A program made the position numbers and the translations under genes. Shown here one piece after another: positions 8,372 through 16,730 of a stretch of 64,000 nt of DNA (positions are counted from its first letter, which is position 1; each line of letters starts with the position of its first letter). The notes under the pieces were generated by a model. That model searched no databases, had not been told where the DNA came from, and was given only the letters and a program-made list of their open reading frames with translations. Source of the DNA: an uncultured Solirubrobacterales bacterium (lineage in GTDB: Bacteria; Actinomycetota; Thermoleophilia; Solirubrobacterales; Solirubrobacteraceae); NCBI GenBank assembly GCA_963695325.1, contig OY968776.1, positions 3,132,257-3,196,256 of the forward strand, in the 5' to 3' direction.

Positions 8372-9691
8372 ATGCGTCGGATGACGATGGCCCAGTCGCT
8401 ACGCGCCCAGCAGCTCGAGGACGCCTTGCGGACGCTGGTCCCGTCTAGCCCGAAGCGGCAGTCATCCAGTGATCAACGTTGGTTCAATTATTACGCTGGC
8501 TATGCAGACGTCTTCGTTGAGGATGTCATTGCAGTGCTAGCCGGGCACACAAAAACCGTTCTCGACCCGTGGAACGGCGCTGGCACGACCACAGCAGCCG
8601 CCGCGCGCGCGGGCCTGAGGACGATTGGATTGGACATCAACCCGGCGGCCGTGGTGATCGCAAAGGCCCGATTGCTGATGAGTGATGTAGCGGCAAGTCT
8701 GTTGCCTCTAGCTGATGATGTCGTCGCACACGCCCGACAGCGGCGAGACGCTGCCGACAAGCCCGATCTTCTCCTCCGATGGCTTGATCCCTCCACTGCG
8801 ACCAGCATCCGGCGCCTTGAGCGCTCGATCTCGACACTCATGGTGTCGTCGGAAGGTTGCCGTATGACAACCCCCGGCGTCATCGACGGGGTCTCCTCGC
8901 TAGCTGCACTTTTTTACCTAGCCCTGTTTCGGACGACCCGCGATCTGCTCGCGCCCTTCGTCGCATCTAATCCGACGTGGATCCGCTTGCGCGTTGATCC
9001 TGCCGACCGGCTCCACACGAGCTTCAACGTGCTCGCCAAACGCCTACGCGCCAACGTCCTAACTCTCCAGGAAGCGACCATAGCTAACGAGTATCCTGCT
9101 GCATCGAAGCAGCCGCAAGTGTCACTCGGAAGCTCCGCGCAGATTCCGTTGCGTGGTAACTCGGTTAGCGCCATACTTACGTCGCCCCCCTATTGCACCC
9201 GCATTGATTACGCCGTTGCGACTCTACCCGAGCTGGCCGTGCTCGGCTATGACTGGTCACAGGTGCAACAGCTACGTGCGCGCCTTATCGGAACGCCGAT
9301 AATGCTCACCGATAAAAGCAAGAGCCCAATTACTGGTAGTGACACGCTTCAGAAGCTCATGCGTCGTGTCAAACGGCATCCGTCGTATGCTGCCCGGAGT
9401 TACTATCTGCCTTTTTATCGCCAGTACTTTAAAAGCATGTCGGCTTCGCTCTCCGAGATCGACCGCGTAGCCCGTGTCGGCTCCCCGGTCATCCTTGTTG
9501 TCCAAGATTCATGGTTCAAGGACGTGCATGTGGCTACACCCACCATAATCAGCGAGCTTGCTGAATCTATAGGATGGCGGATGATTAGCGAGCACCCGTT
9601 CGACGTGAAGACACGGGCAGCCGCGCACCCGCATCGCACGACCCGACGCACATCGCGCGCGATCGAGACAGTCAGTGTATATTCCACCTAG
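8372..9691 (+). CDS. DNA methyltransferase (N6-adenine or N4-cytosine), motif I before motif IV
   Basis: VLDPWNGAGTTTAAAARAGLRTIGLDINPAAVVIAKARL is the SAM-binding motif I. ILTSPPYCTRIDY, about 200 aa later, is the catalytic (S/D)PPY motif. The start is trimmed to ATG 8372 (GGAAG upstream). Confidence 0.8.
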   Translation: MRRMTMAQSLRAQQLEDALRTLVPSSPKRQSSSDQRWFNYYAGYADVFVEDVIAVLAGHTKTVLDPWNGAGTTTAAAARAGLRTIGLDINPAAVVIAKARLLMSDVAASLLPLADDVVAHARQRRDAADKPDLLLRWLDPSTATSIRRLERSISTLMVSSEGCRMTTPGVIDGVSSLAALFYLALFRTTRDLLAPFVASNPTWIRLRVDPADRLHTSFNVLAKRLRANVLTLQEATIANEYPAASKQPQVSLGSSAQIPLRGNSVSAILTSPPYCTRIDYAVATLPELAVLGYDWSQVQQLRARLIGTPIMLTDKSKSPITGSDTLQKLMRRVKRHPSYAARSYYLPFYRQYFKSMSASLSEIDRVARVGSPVILVVQDSWFKDVHVATPTIISELAESIGWRMISEHPFDVKTRAAAHPHRTTRRTSRAIETVSVYST

Positions 9692-9723
9692 GCGGGCCGA
9701 GCCCGGAGGGGCGTCGATGCTTG

Positions 9724-9750
9724 TGGGTGCCCGCTAGGACATGGCACCCA
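9724..9750. terminator. Hairpin in the 70-nt convergent spacer (TGGGTGCC / GGCACCCA, 8-bp stem)
   Basis: This perfect inverted repeat lies between the methyltransferase stop (9691) and the DUF262 stop (9762). Confidence 0.45.
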
Positions 9751-9761
9751 ACGTCGCACAG

Positions 9762-10868
9762 TCAGCCTGACGGAATCATTGTCTCGGACTCGTCATCGCC
9801 GCTGAGTCGATCTGTTTCGCTCCACACCTGAAACTGCTCCATGAGCGTTTCGTGTCTGTACGTAACTGCAGGCTTCTCGACTGCGGCTTGCGTCAGGTGT
9901 CGCTGGAAGGTGACGAGGTATTCATAACGTGGGTCGGGTTGAAGATCCTTCATGCGTTGGCGTTGATACGCAAGGCGTTTGAGGAACACACCGACGAACT
10001 GCCCGTAGCGCGCGGCAAGCTCAGCGTCGGATCGGACGTTAATCTCCCACGCCGCCAGTACAACGCTTACCGCAATTGCGCGGTTGCCCAATTCGCCGCT
10101 CAAAGACGACGCACCCCGGTTCAGCGCGTCCAGTGTCTCCCTGACCTCGCTCAGGCGCGTGTCCTCGCTGTCGGCGTAGCGCTTTAGGTAGCGTTGGAGG
10201 TCAAAATGGCGTGCCCGTGCGAAATGGCCCAACTCGCGTCGGCTTGACACTTGCAGCATCAGTTGGGCCGCCAATAGCTCGTGCGCGTATCTGCGGGTTG
10301 GGATCGCCACCTCGGCCAGAAATGGATGTTCGCCGAGGCCACCGGGCTCAAACAGGCGATTGCGCATTACGCCCACCATCGCGTGGAGCTTCTCGCCGGC
10401 ATTTATAAGCGTCCCCAGGTTAAGTCGCAGGAACTGCAGGTTGAATTCTGAAGGCTCTCGAACCCCGGACAGGATGACGGTGGTCACCTCGTAGCCCAGG
10501 ACCGCGTTCTGGTCGTCCAACTCGTGAAAGGTGCGGCCGCTCAGAATCTCCAAGCCCTCCGCGCCCTCATCGGCGACCTCGTTGTGAATCCGCACGCTGA
10601 AGCCGTTGTGCTCGTCCGTGGGATTGCTATCCAAGAAGGACATGATCGCATTGAGTCGCTGGCGACCGTCGATGCACTCCCAGCCACGATCGTCGCGCTC
10701 GTACAGATAGATCGCCGCAATATCGAACTGTCGCAGAATCGAGTCGATGAGACGCTGCTTTTGATCCAGGTTCCAGACGTTCGGCTCGCGTTGGTACTCC
10801 GGGAACTCGATCCTCGGAAACTCATGGCGCAGATCTTGGATCGTGAAAGTTGTGGACGCACGGTGCAT
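9762..10868 (-). CDS. DUF262 (ParB-like/GmrSD N-terminal) domain protein without a recognisable nuclease domain
   Basis: FPEYQREPNVWNLDQKQRLIDSILRQFDIAAIYLYE...WECIDGRQRLNAI matches the DUF262 signature (QR..vW, IDGQQR). The C-terminal half is helical with no HNH/DUF1524 motif. The RBS AGGAG overlaps the upstream stop. Confidence 0.8.
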   Translation of the reverse strand: MHRASTTFTIQDLRHEFPRIEFPEYQREPNVWNLDQKQRLIDSILRQFDIAAIYLYERDDRGWECIDGRQRLNAIMSFLDSNPTDEHNGFSVRIHNEVADEGAEGLEILSGRTFHELDDQNAVLGYEVTTVILSGVREPSEFNLQFLRLNLGTLINAGEKLHAMVGVMRNRLFEPGGLGEHPFLAEVAIPTRRYAHELLAAQLMLQVSSRRELGHFARARHFDLQRYLKRYADSEDTRLSEVRETLDALNRGASSLSGELGNRAIAVSVVLAAWEINVRSDAELAARYGQFVGVFLKRLAYQRQRMKDLQPDPRYEYLVTFQRHLTQAAVEKPAVTYRHETLMEQFQVWSETDRLSGDDESETMIPSG

Positions 10869-10877
10869 AAGATGCTC

Positions 10878-12039
10878 CTAGGTGGATTCCTCGATGAACC
10901 TCTTGAAGAGGTCGTGCTCAGTACTAATGCTCTCTAGGTCACGATGCATGAGCTCACCCTTCAGACGCAGCCAGTGCTGAAAGGGGTTAACGATCTTCGA
11001 CGCAGCTGCGTCGCGCGCCCTCGTTTGCTCTGCCTCATCGAGATCTGAAAAGTCCGTCGGATCCATCCCTAGTAGTTCGGCAATGAATTGCGCGCCGAGC
11101 TCACGGATTTCGAGCAGCGACCGCGAGCTTAGATACGGAAACGTCTTTTGGATTTTTTCGGCACCGTCGGGCCACCCGATGACCTCGATTTCGTACGGTT
11201 GAGCTGACTCACGACCGTGCATCGTCGTGAACAACAGCGATACGAGATCCCAGTCGTTGGGACCCAAATTGCAGCCGACGATGCGGAGCACGTCGCAGTC
11301 GAGCAACTCCCTTGCCCTTCCCCAAATTGCGTTGAATGGGTACTCGCCCTTTGCCTTTCGGATGCCAGGCGGGATCCACAGTCCGACGTCGGACTCCTCT
11401 GCGACCTCGATCGGCCAAATCGAATGCCAACTAAACGAGCCGTGCAGCTTGAGGACCGGGATCGGCGCTTGGCCATCAACGCTCCTCGGGTTTGCGACCT
11501 CCACGCCGTAATCAACCGTGCGCCCCAGGCCGTGCTCGATTGCATGCTCGAGAAAATTGTCGTAGTTGAGCGTTAGGAGTCCTACAAGCGTCCTCGCCGA
11601 CACCGGGGACCTCGTGCATGTCGAGCAGCGCGGCATACAGCGCGGCGTGGTGATCGCCAAGCTCGCTTCGGACATCCGCCAGTGCCCGACGCAGTACCGT
11701 CGAAAAGACCTTCTTCAACCGCTCCGCGAAGTCTTGGTAGCGTTGCGATGGGGTGTCGGCCAAGAACGTCAATAGGTGCTCAAAGTCGGTGCGGTCATCG
11801 ACAACATCGTTGACGAGGTGCCGTAGCCCCGCATGGTCGGAGAAGTCCTCGACGTACGCGTTGTTCGTGCTGTCCAGAAGCCGTTCGATGAGGCCGGGCA
11901 TCACCAACTGCTTAGCACTGCCTGCGTACTGCACCGCTCCCTGGGTCGCGCCAGCGCCGAAGAGATAGCTAACGCGCCGTGGAGTCTCGTCGGGGTCAGG
12001 CTGACTCTGGTGCTCGGCGGCCGGCGTGAGCGCCGTCAC
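10878..12039 (-). pseudogene. SIR2-like (SIR2_2-type) protein, reading frame broken once at a G4/C4 run (11605-11608)
   Basis: ORF 11512-12039 carries VSYLFGAGATQG. ORF 10878-11675 carries LLTLNYDNFLEHA, VLKLHGSFSW and LRIVGCNLGPNDWD. The sensible reading switches frame at ...LDMHEVP / VSARTLVGLLTLNYDN. A repaired product would be about 385 aa. Confidence 0.75.
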
Positions 12040-12528
12040 GCCGTGTCACGCCCCTCTGCGAAACGCGGGGGCCGGCGCAGTCGCTGATGCCCAGCGCGGC
12101 CGAGTTCAGGGCCTGTCGGCACTTCGCAGTCGATCCGGGTCCAGTACGGCGGGCTTGTGATCACGACCTGAGACTACCCTGGGCGGGATGGGGCACGTCC
12201 TGCGCCACACGCAGACGTCTTCGCGGGGAGAATCCGGCGCGTATGGTGTCCGGGGCATTCCGAGGAGTCGGGTCGGGGGTGTACGTCGTAACCCTCTCGT
12301 GGTCGCCGGCCGGTGGCGCTCGCTGATCTGCGGCGGGCACGCACATACTTCGCGCCGCACGCCGAGTGAGGCGGCGGATCGAGTACTGGCGCTACGCGAT
12401 CCGCAGGCTATAGCCGCCCGCGTTTTGTGCGCGATCGATGCTCGTTCGCTTTCAGCCGCTCGAAGCGGGGGTGTCCGGATGAACTGCGCCAAAGGCGGCT
12501 TTCAGCTCTCAGGTGTGGCGGTACGCGG

Positions 12529-13215
12529 TCAGGTGACTGCTCCGGTGTCGTTGCCGAGTTCTTTCACAGCCCGGATGAGTTCGCCCGGGTGCATCCCCTG
12601 CACCGCGTTCACACCAAGCTTGTCATCCAGCTCGCTAAGCCGATCGAAGACCCCGGCCTCTCGGAGACGCTCGTTACGCGCATCCCAAGCCTGCTTGAAA
12701 TCCTTGGGGCTCATCGCGTCAAGCTCGGTCCTCGGGATTTCGAGCTCGGCGGCCCAGTGTTCTTTCTGTGGCTCGTCACCCCCGATAGGAGGCGGAAGCG
12801 GCCGCTCCCTTTTTGTTTTGGTGTGACGTTGCCCTTGTTTTGGGCCGACGGGCAAGAGCTCTTTCTGGCGTGTCGGCTTGCGCGGGCGCGACCTGAGGGT
12901 CGGCTCGCTGTGCCGGGTCCAGGTTTCCGGATTGTCCGGCAGGCGACGATGCGAAGCCAGCCACGCGTCCAGGTCGTCGCGCTTGAAAAGCAGCAGGCGG
13001 TCGATCTTGTGGTGCGGCACGTCACCGATGCGGCTGTAGAGCGCGCTCCGAGTGAGTCCGAGGTATTCGGCTGCCTCACGTGTGCGCATCCAGCGCCCAC
13101 TCGTCGGCCGCAACTCCTCACGGAGACGCTCGATCACGACATCCGCAACGCGCTCGGCGATCGCGTTGAGCACGTCGCTTGGGATCGGGATGGAAGGTTC
13201 AGGCTCGTTCATCAC
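12529..13215 (-). CDS. Excisionase-family (HTH_17/MerR-like) DNA-binding protein with long basic/acidic C-terminal extension
   Basis: WMRTREAAEYLGLTRSALYSRIGDVPHHKIDRLLLFKRDDLDAWL is the excisionase-type HTH pattern. Confidence 0.7.
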   Translation of the reverse strand: MMNEPEPSIPIPSDVLNAIAERVADVVIERLREELRPTSGRWMRTREAAEYLGLTRSALYSRIGDVPHHKIDRLLLFKRDDLDAWLASHRRLPDNPETWTRHSEPTLRSRPRKPTRQKELLPVGPKQGQRHTKTKRERPLPPPIGGDEPQKEHWAAELEIPRTELDAMSPKDFKQAWDARNERLREAGVFDRLSELDDKLGVNAVQGMHPGELIRAVKELGNDTGAVT

Positions 13216-13312
13216 GCCGACGCTACCGCTGGGCCATCAAGGCAACCCGTGATGTGCGAGTGCGCGCTTGAGCTTGAGCCGGTGGCTGGGTTCCACGACC
13301 CTTGCGAGCCTA

Positions 13313-13990
13313 CTAGTAGCCGTAGCTGCTGTCCCAGCCCCCCACACTGCGTCGGCCTAGAACCTGGTCAACGTCGGCACGCGCGTCGTCGGGCTCCGCC
13401 CACTCGAATAGACAGTAGGTGGCGGACCCGAGGCGCTTGCACTCAGCGCTAAGCCGCTTGCCGAACTCAAACCACGCATCCGAGGGTGTCTGCTCAGCGT
13501 CGAGCAGTGCGCCAACCTCGGCCATTGACGCTCGGAGCGCTTCGCGGAATCCGTCGATCCGGTCCCCAGCCATCGTGCGCGAGTGCCGCCACTTCCGATG
13601 CTGGGGAGACTCGGGCAGGATCACCGCTCCCGCGCTTTGTGCTTTCTCTACCGCCCGGCAGCCGGCGGCGGTCAGCGCGAGCAAGTCCAGGCCATTGCGG
13701 CGAACGTCTCGGATTCGCCCGGCGGTCCTGAGTGCGTCGATTTGCGGTCGAAGCTGCTTTGTCGTCCACGAGTTATGTGCGAAGCCCAGGTGTGCGGCGA
13801 TATCTGCGCGTGAGGCGTCGTCGTGCTGGTCGTGCACTTCGGCGCGGTGGATCGCCGCGAGTATCTGGGCGTCCGAAACTGGCTCAACGCGGCCGAGGTC
13901 CGCGGCGTATAGCTCGTGGAATCGTCGGGCTGACTCCGGCAGCTCGATCTCTGTGGTCGGCGCCTGGTCATCGTTGTCTGTCGTGCTCAT
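13313..13990 (-). CDS. Hypothetical protein (possible winged helix)
   Basis: The track ORF is trimmed to ATG 13990 (GAAAGGAG RBS). MSTTDNDDQAPTTEIELPESARRF... has natural composition. Confidence 0.55.
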   Translation of the reverse strand: MSTTDNDDQAPTTEIELPESARRFHELYAADLGRVEPVSDAQILAAIHRAEVHDQHDDASRADIAAHLGFAHNSWTTKQLRPQIDALRTAGRIRDVRRNGLDLLALTAAGCRAVEKAQSAGAVILPESPQHRKWRHSRTMAGDRIDGFREALRASMAEVGALLDAEQTPSDAWFEFGKRLSAECKRLGSATYCLFEWAEPDDARADVDQVLGRRSVGGWDSSYGY

Positions 13991-14297
13991 TGCAGCTCCT
14001 TTCGGGCACCGACAGCACGGACGCAGCGACTCGCGGGACCGTCTCCGCAGAAAGCTACGGTGGTCCAGTGGCATCGAAGGTCCGTCCTTCGGTGTTGCAC
14101 GGCCGGGCGGGTGCGTCAACACCCGTCCGGCCACTCGATTGTCTTGGCTGGCGCGCGATCAGAGCAGAACCTGCGCGCGATCTCAAGTCCCGTCCGTTCT
14201 AGACTCCTGAGCGCGGTGGAGGAGCGACGCCACCGCGCTTGGTGAGCGTGCAGAAGATCGTTCCCGGTGCACGATCCAGCGCCCGGCCAAACACAGA

Positions 14298-14357
14298 ATG
14301 GCTCAGCCACGGCGCAACCGACCTTCGTTGGGCGTGGAGGGACTTGCGCTCGATAGC
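14298..14357 (+). repeat. Copy 1 of a duplicated 60-nt 5' module (ATG + 21 nt + conserved 39-mer)
   Basis: The 39-mer at 14319-14357 matches 15179-15217 at 34 of 39 positions. Both sit exactly 21 nt after an ATG. The encoded peptide is MAQPRRNRPSLGVEGLALDS. Confidence 0.7.
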
Positions 14358-14408
14358 TCGGCTGAAGTGCTGCCACTCGGCGGCACGAGCGTAGGATCAC
14401 GCGTTGGG

Positions 14409-15110
14409 ATGGCCGGGCTTCAGTTCTACTTCGAGACGATGGCGGGCACGCATCTCGAAGATTCGCTGCGAGCCCTGCGTGATTCTGGCAGCGCTGATGC
14501 GCTCTACGCCCCGTCGCTGCTCACCACCGATCCCAATGCGATCAGCGATGAGGACTTCAGTATCGCCAGGGACGAGGCACACGGCTGGCGGGTCGCTTAT
14601 TGCCGTCGCGCGCTGCTGTTCGCAGCATTTGCCGCCGAGGCGTATGCCAACGACTTCCTCTACGAGCGGTGGGGCGGTCAGGATCGGGACGGGCTCGATC
14701 GATTGTCCACCGTGGACAAGTACGCGTTTTTGCCCGCTCTCGCCGGAACGACAGTATTGGACCGAGGCGAAGAACCCCTACAGAAGATCAGATGGCTGTT
14801 CGAGCGACGCAACGAGCTGGTTCATCCCAAGCCTCGTAGCGACGATAGAGATTTGACGTGGGACCCCAAGAGCCACAATCCCATTGACGCCGCCAAGTCC
14901 ATCGTCGCCGTCGCTGAGGCTGCCGCGAAGCTGACCGGAGAAGTGCCGGATGCTTCCGTTCTAAGCTACGTGCTCGCCGAGCGCCGAGCGCTGTTGGAGT
15001 ACGGGAAGCGCGCTGCGGGGGAGCCACCTGCAATCCACGACCCGCCCAGTCCACTCGACCTGCTTTCGGACGCGCGACGACGAGATCGAAGCCGAGGGAT
15101 GCCGGAGTAG
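14409..15110 (+). CDS. Hypothetical helical protein with HEPN-type Rx4H motif (alternative start ATG 14298)
   Basis: IRWLFERRNELVHPKP has R at 14808-14810 and H at 14823-14825. About 230 aa are predicted helical (AAFAAEAYANDFLYERW...). The HEPN call comes from the motif plus context only. Confidence 0.5.
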   Translation: MAGLQFYFETMAGTHLEDSLRALRDSGSADALYAPSLLTTDPNAISDEDFSIARDEAHGWRVAYCRRALLFAAFAAEAYANDFLYERWGGQDRDGLDRLSTVDKYAFLPALAGTTVLDRGEEPLQKIRWLFERRNELVHPKPRSDDRDLTWDPKSHNPIDAAKSIVAVAEAAAKLTGEVPDASVLSYVLAERRALLEYGKRAAGEPPAIHDPPSPLDLLSDARRRDRSRGMPE

Positions 15111-15157
15111 CAGAGACGGGTCGATTGGTCGCCTGCGCGCAGGGCGCCCGCAATGCC

Positions 15158-15247
15158 ATGCCTCAACAGAGTTCCGAACGACCTTCGCTGGTCGTGAAGG
15201 GGCTTGTGCTCGATAGCCCTGCGCGGCGCGGGGCCACCGACGCCTAG
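15158..15247 (+). repeat. Copy 2 of the duplicated 5' module, here a stand-alone 29-codon ORF (MPQQSSERPSLVVKGLVLDSPARRGATDA)
   Basis: It has the same ATG-to-39-mer spacing as copy 1. Substitutions are mostly synonymous or conservative. A TAG lies at 15245-15247. Confidence 0.6.
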
Positions 15248-15582
15248 CGGAGCGCCCTCGGCTCCGCTCCGATCGTCCGCCGCCGAGAGCTGGAGCCCAC
15301 GATGGACAAGCAAGAGTTGGCTATCGTCGATCCGGCACCGGCTACGATCGACGCCGGTCTCGGTCGGCTGCGAGGTCGATTTCCGACGGGCATCCACTGC
15401 GCCGTCGGCGAAGTCGCTGGCGTACCTAGCGAGATCTGCCGTGGGGTGGCTCGTCGGCGAGCTGTGCGCACGCCACCTCGACGAGCGAACGCGCGACGTA
15501 GGCCGGAGCACCCAGCTTTCTCCCAAAGCGCGCATACGGTCTCCTCGGCCTGCTCGTCGAACGCCGCACCGGGCAGCTTGGC

Positions 15583-16626
15583 ATGATGCCGCCCATGCAC
15601 GCGAAGGTTCCGACTGCGGTTCGGCAGGGAGTACCGAAGGCCGGGCGCTGGCTGGCCGACCACATCCTCGGGACGCTCATAGGTCTCGTGGTCGCCGCGA
15701 TGGTCGGCGCGGCCATCGCAGCGCTTTGGCCGAGCGGGGCCCACGCCCCGCTATCGCTTGCAGCTCAATGGGCGCGCGAGCGGGCACACATCGCTGCCGA
15801 AGGGTGGGAAGTAACGACTGATCGACAGGCAGAACTTGTCGGCGATACCGAGCCGGTAACCATCTTGGGATTGCACAGGCTCGAAGGCGAATGCTCAAAG
15901 ACCGCTCAGCGCTCCGACGAAATGCGCATCTACACGGTCACTGGCGGTCAATTGCAGCGCGCATTCTCATATGAGCCATCAGCAACCGGCTGCCGCGCCT
16001 GGGTGTTCCAGCTGGCATCGGCCGCGGATCTGACGGGTTCTGGCCGCTCACTCGCGTTCGGCGAGTTCTCAGGTGGGTCAACGGCCGAACCTACCGAGAG
16101 CGTTCCCGTCGCGATTGGATGGGACTCCACCTCTCGTCAGTACGTCGTCACGCCGCTGATCGCGGAAGCACCCGGCGTGATGCTCCAGGTGAAGCACGGC
16201 GAAGGTCAAGGAGAAGTGTTCCAGACCCGGATGAGACAAATGTTCACTACCCCGGTACGGCTGACTCCATCGACGCCGCCAGCCTACGGTCTCTATGAAT
16301 ATCAGATCGTACCTCGCGGCGCCGAAGAAACCTTCATCTACGGGCTATACCGGCTCACGTCAGGTGTAGCAGTAGCCGGGCCGTCAGGGCCTACAGCCGA
16401 AGCGCCGATCGTCTACCAGCGGGCTCAGTGGCACGTTGAACTTCGTGAAGGCAAGATCGCTGCTGGCTGGTGCCAACTGCCCAAACACGAGGAGGTAGCG
16501 ATAGTTCGCCCGCAGGCAGATTCAACCGCAATTCTTCAGCATCTTGCAAACAGCAGAACGCGATGGATCAACTCCTGCCAAGCACCACTCACGAGCGAAT
16601 GGTGGGAAGCTCATCATCCCGAATAG
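15583..16626 (+). CDS. Hypothetical N-terminally membrane-anchored protein
   Basis: The 347-aa ORF has a TM helix LADHILGTLIGLVVAAMVGAAIAALW. The extracytoplasmic part has natural composition. Confidence 0.6.
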   Translation: MMPPMHAKVPTAVRQGVPKAGRWLADHILGTLIGLVVAAMVGAAIAALWPSGAHAPLSLAAQWARERAHIAAEGWEVTTDRQAELVGDTEPVTILGLHRLEGECSKTAQRSDEMRIYTVTGGQLQRAFSYEPSATGCRAWVFQLASAADLTGSGRSLAFGEFSGGSTAEPTESVPVAIGWDSTSRQYVVTPLIAEAPGVMLQVKHGEGQGEVFQTRMRQMFTTPVRLTPSTPPAYGLYEYQIVPRGAEETFIYGLYRLTSGVAVAGPSGPTAEAPIVYQRAQWHVELREGKIAAGWCQLPKHEEVAIVRPQADSTAILQHLANSRTRWINSCQAPLTSEWWEAHHPE

Positions 16627-16730
16627 AGATTGGACCTCGGGCAGGTGCTGTCAGCGCGCCGCTGGGGCGGAACCGCAAGGCCGCGCATCGCAGGGTGCCG
16701 CTGCGCACTCATCGTCCTGCCTAAGATCAG

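Noticed and set aside
12427-13452. 341-aa plus-strand ORF overlapping the excisionase-like gene
   Set aside because: The minus-strand product contains a clear HTH_17 excisionase motif. The plus-strand product is low-complexity Arg/Pro/Ser-rich.
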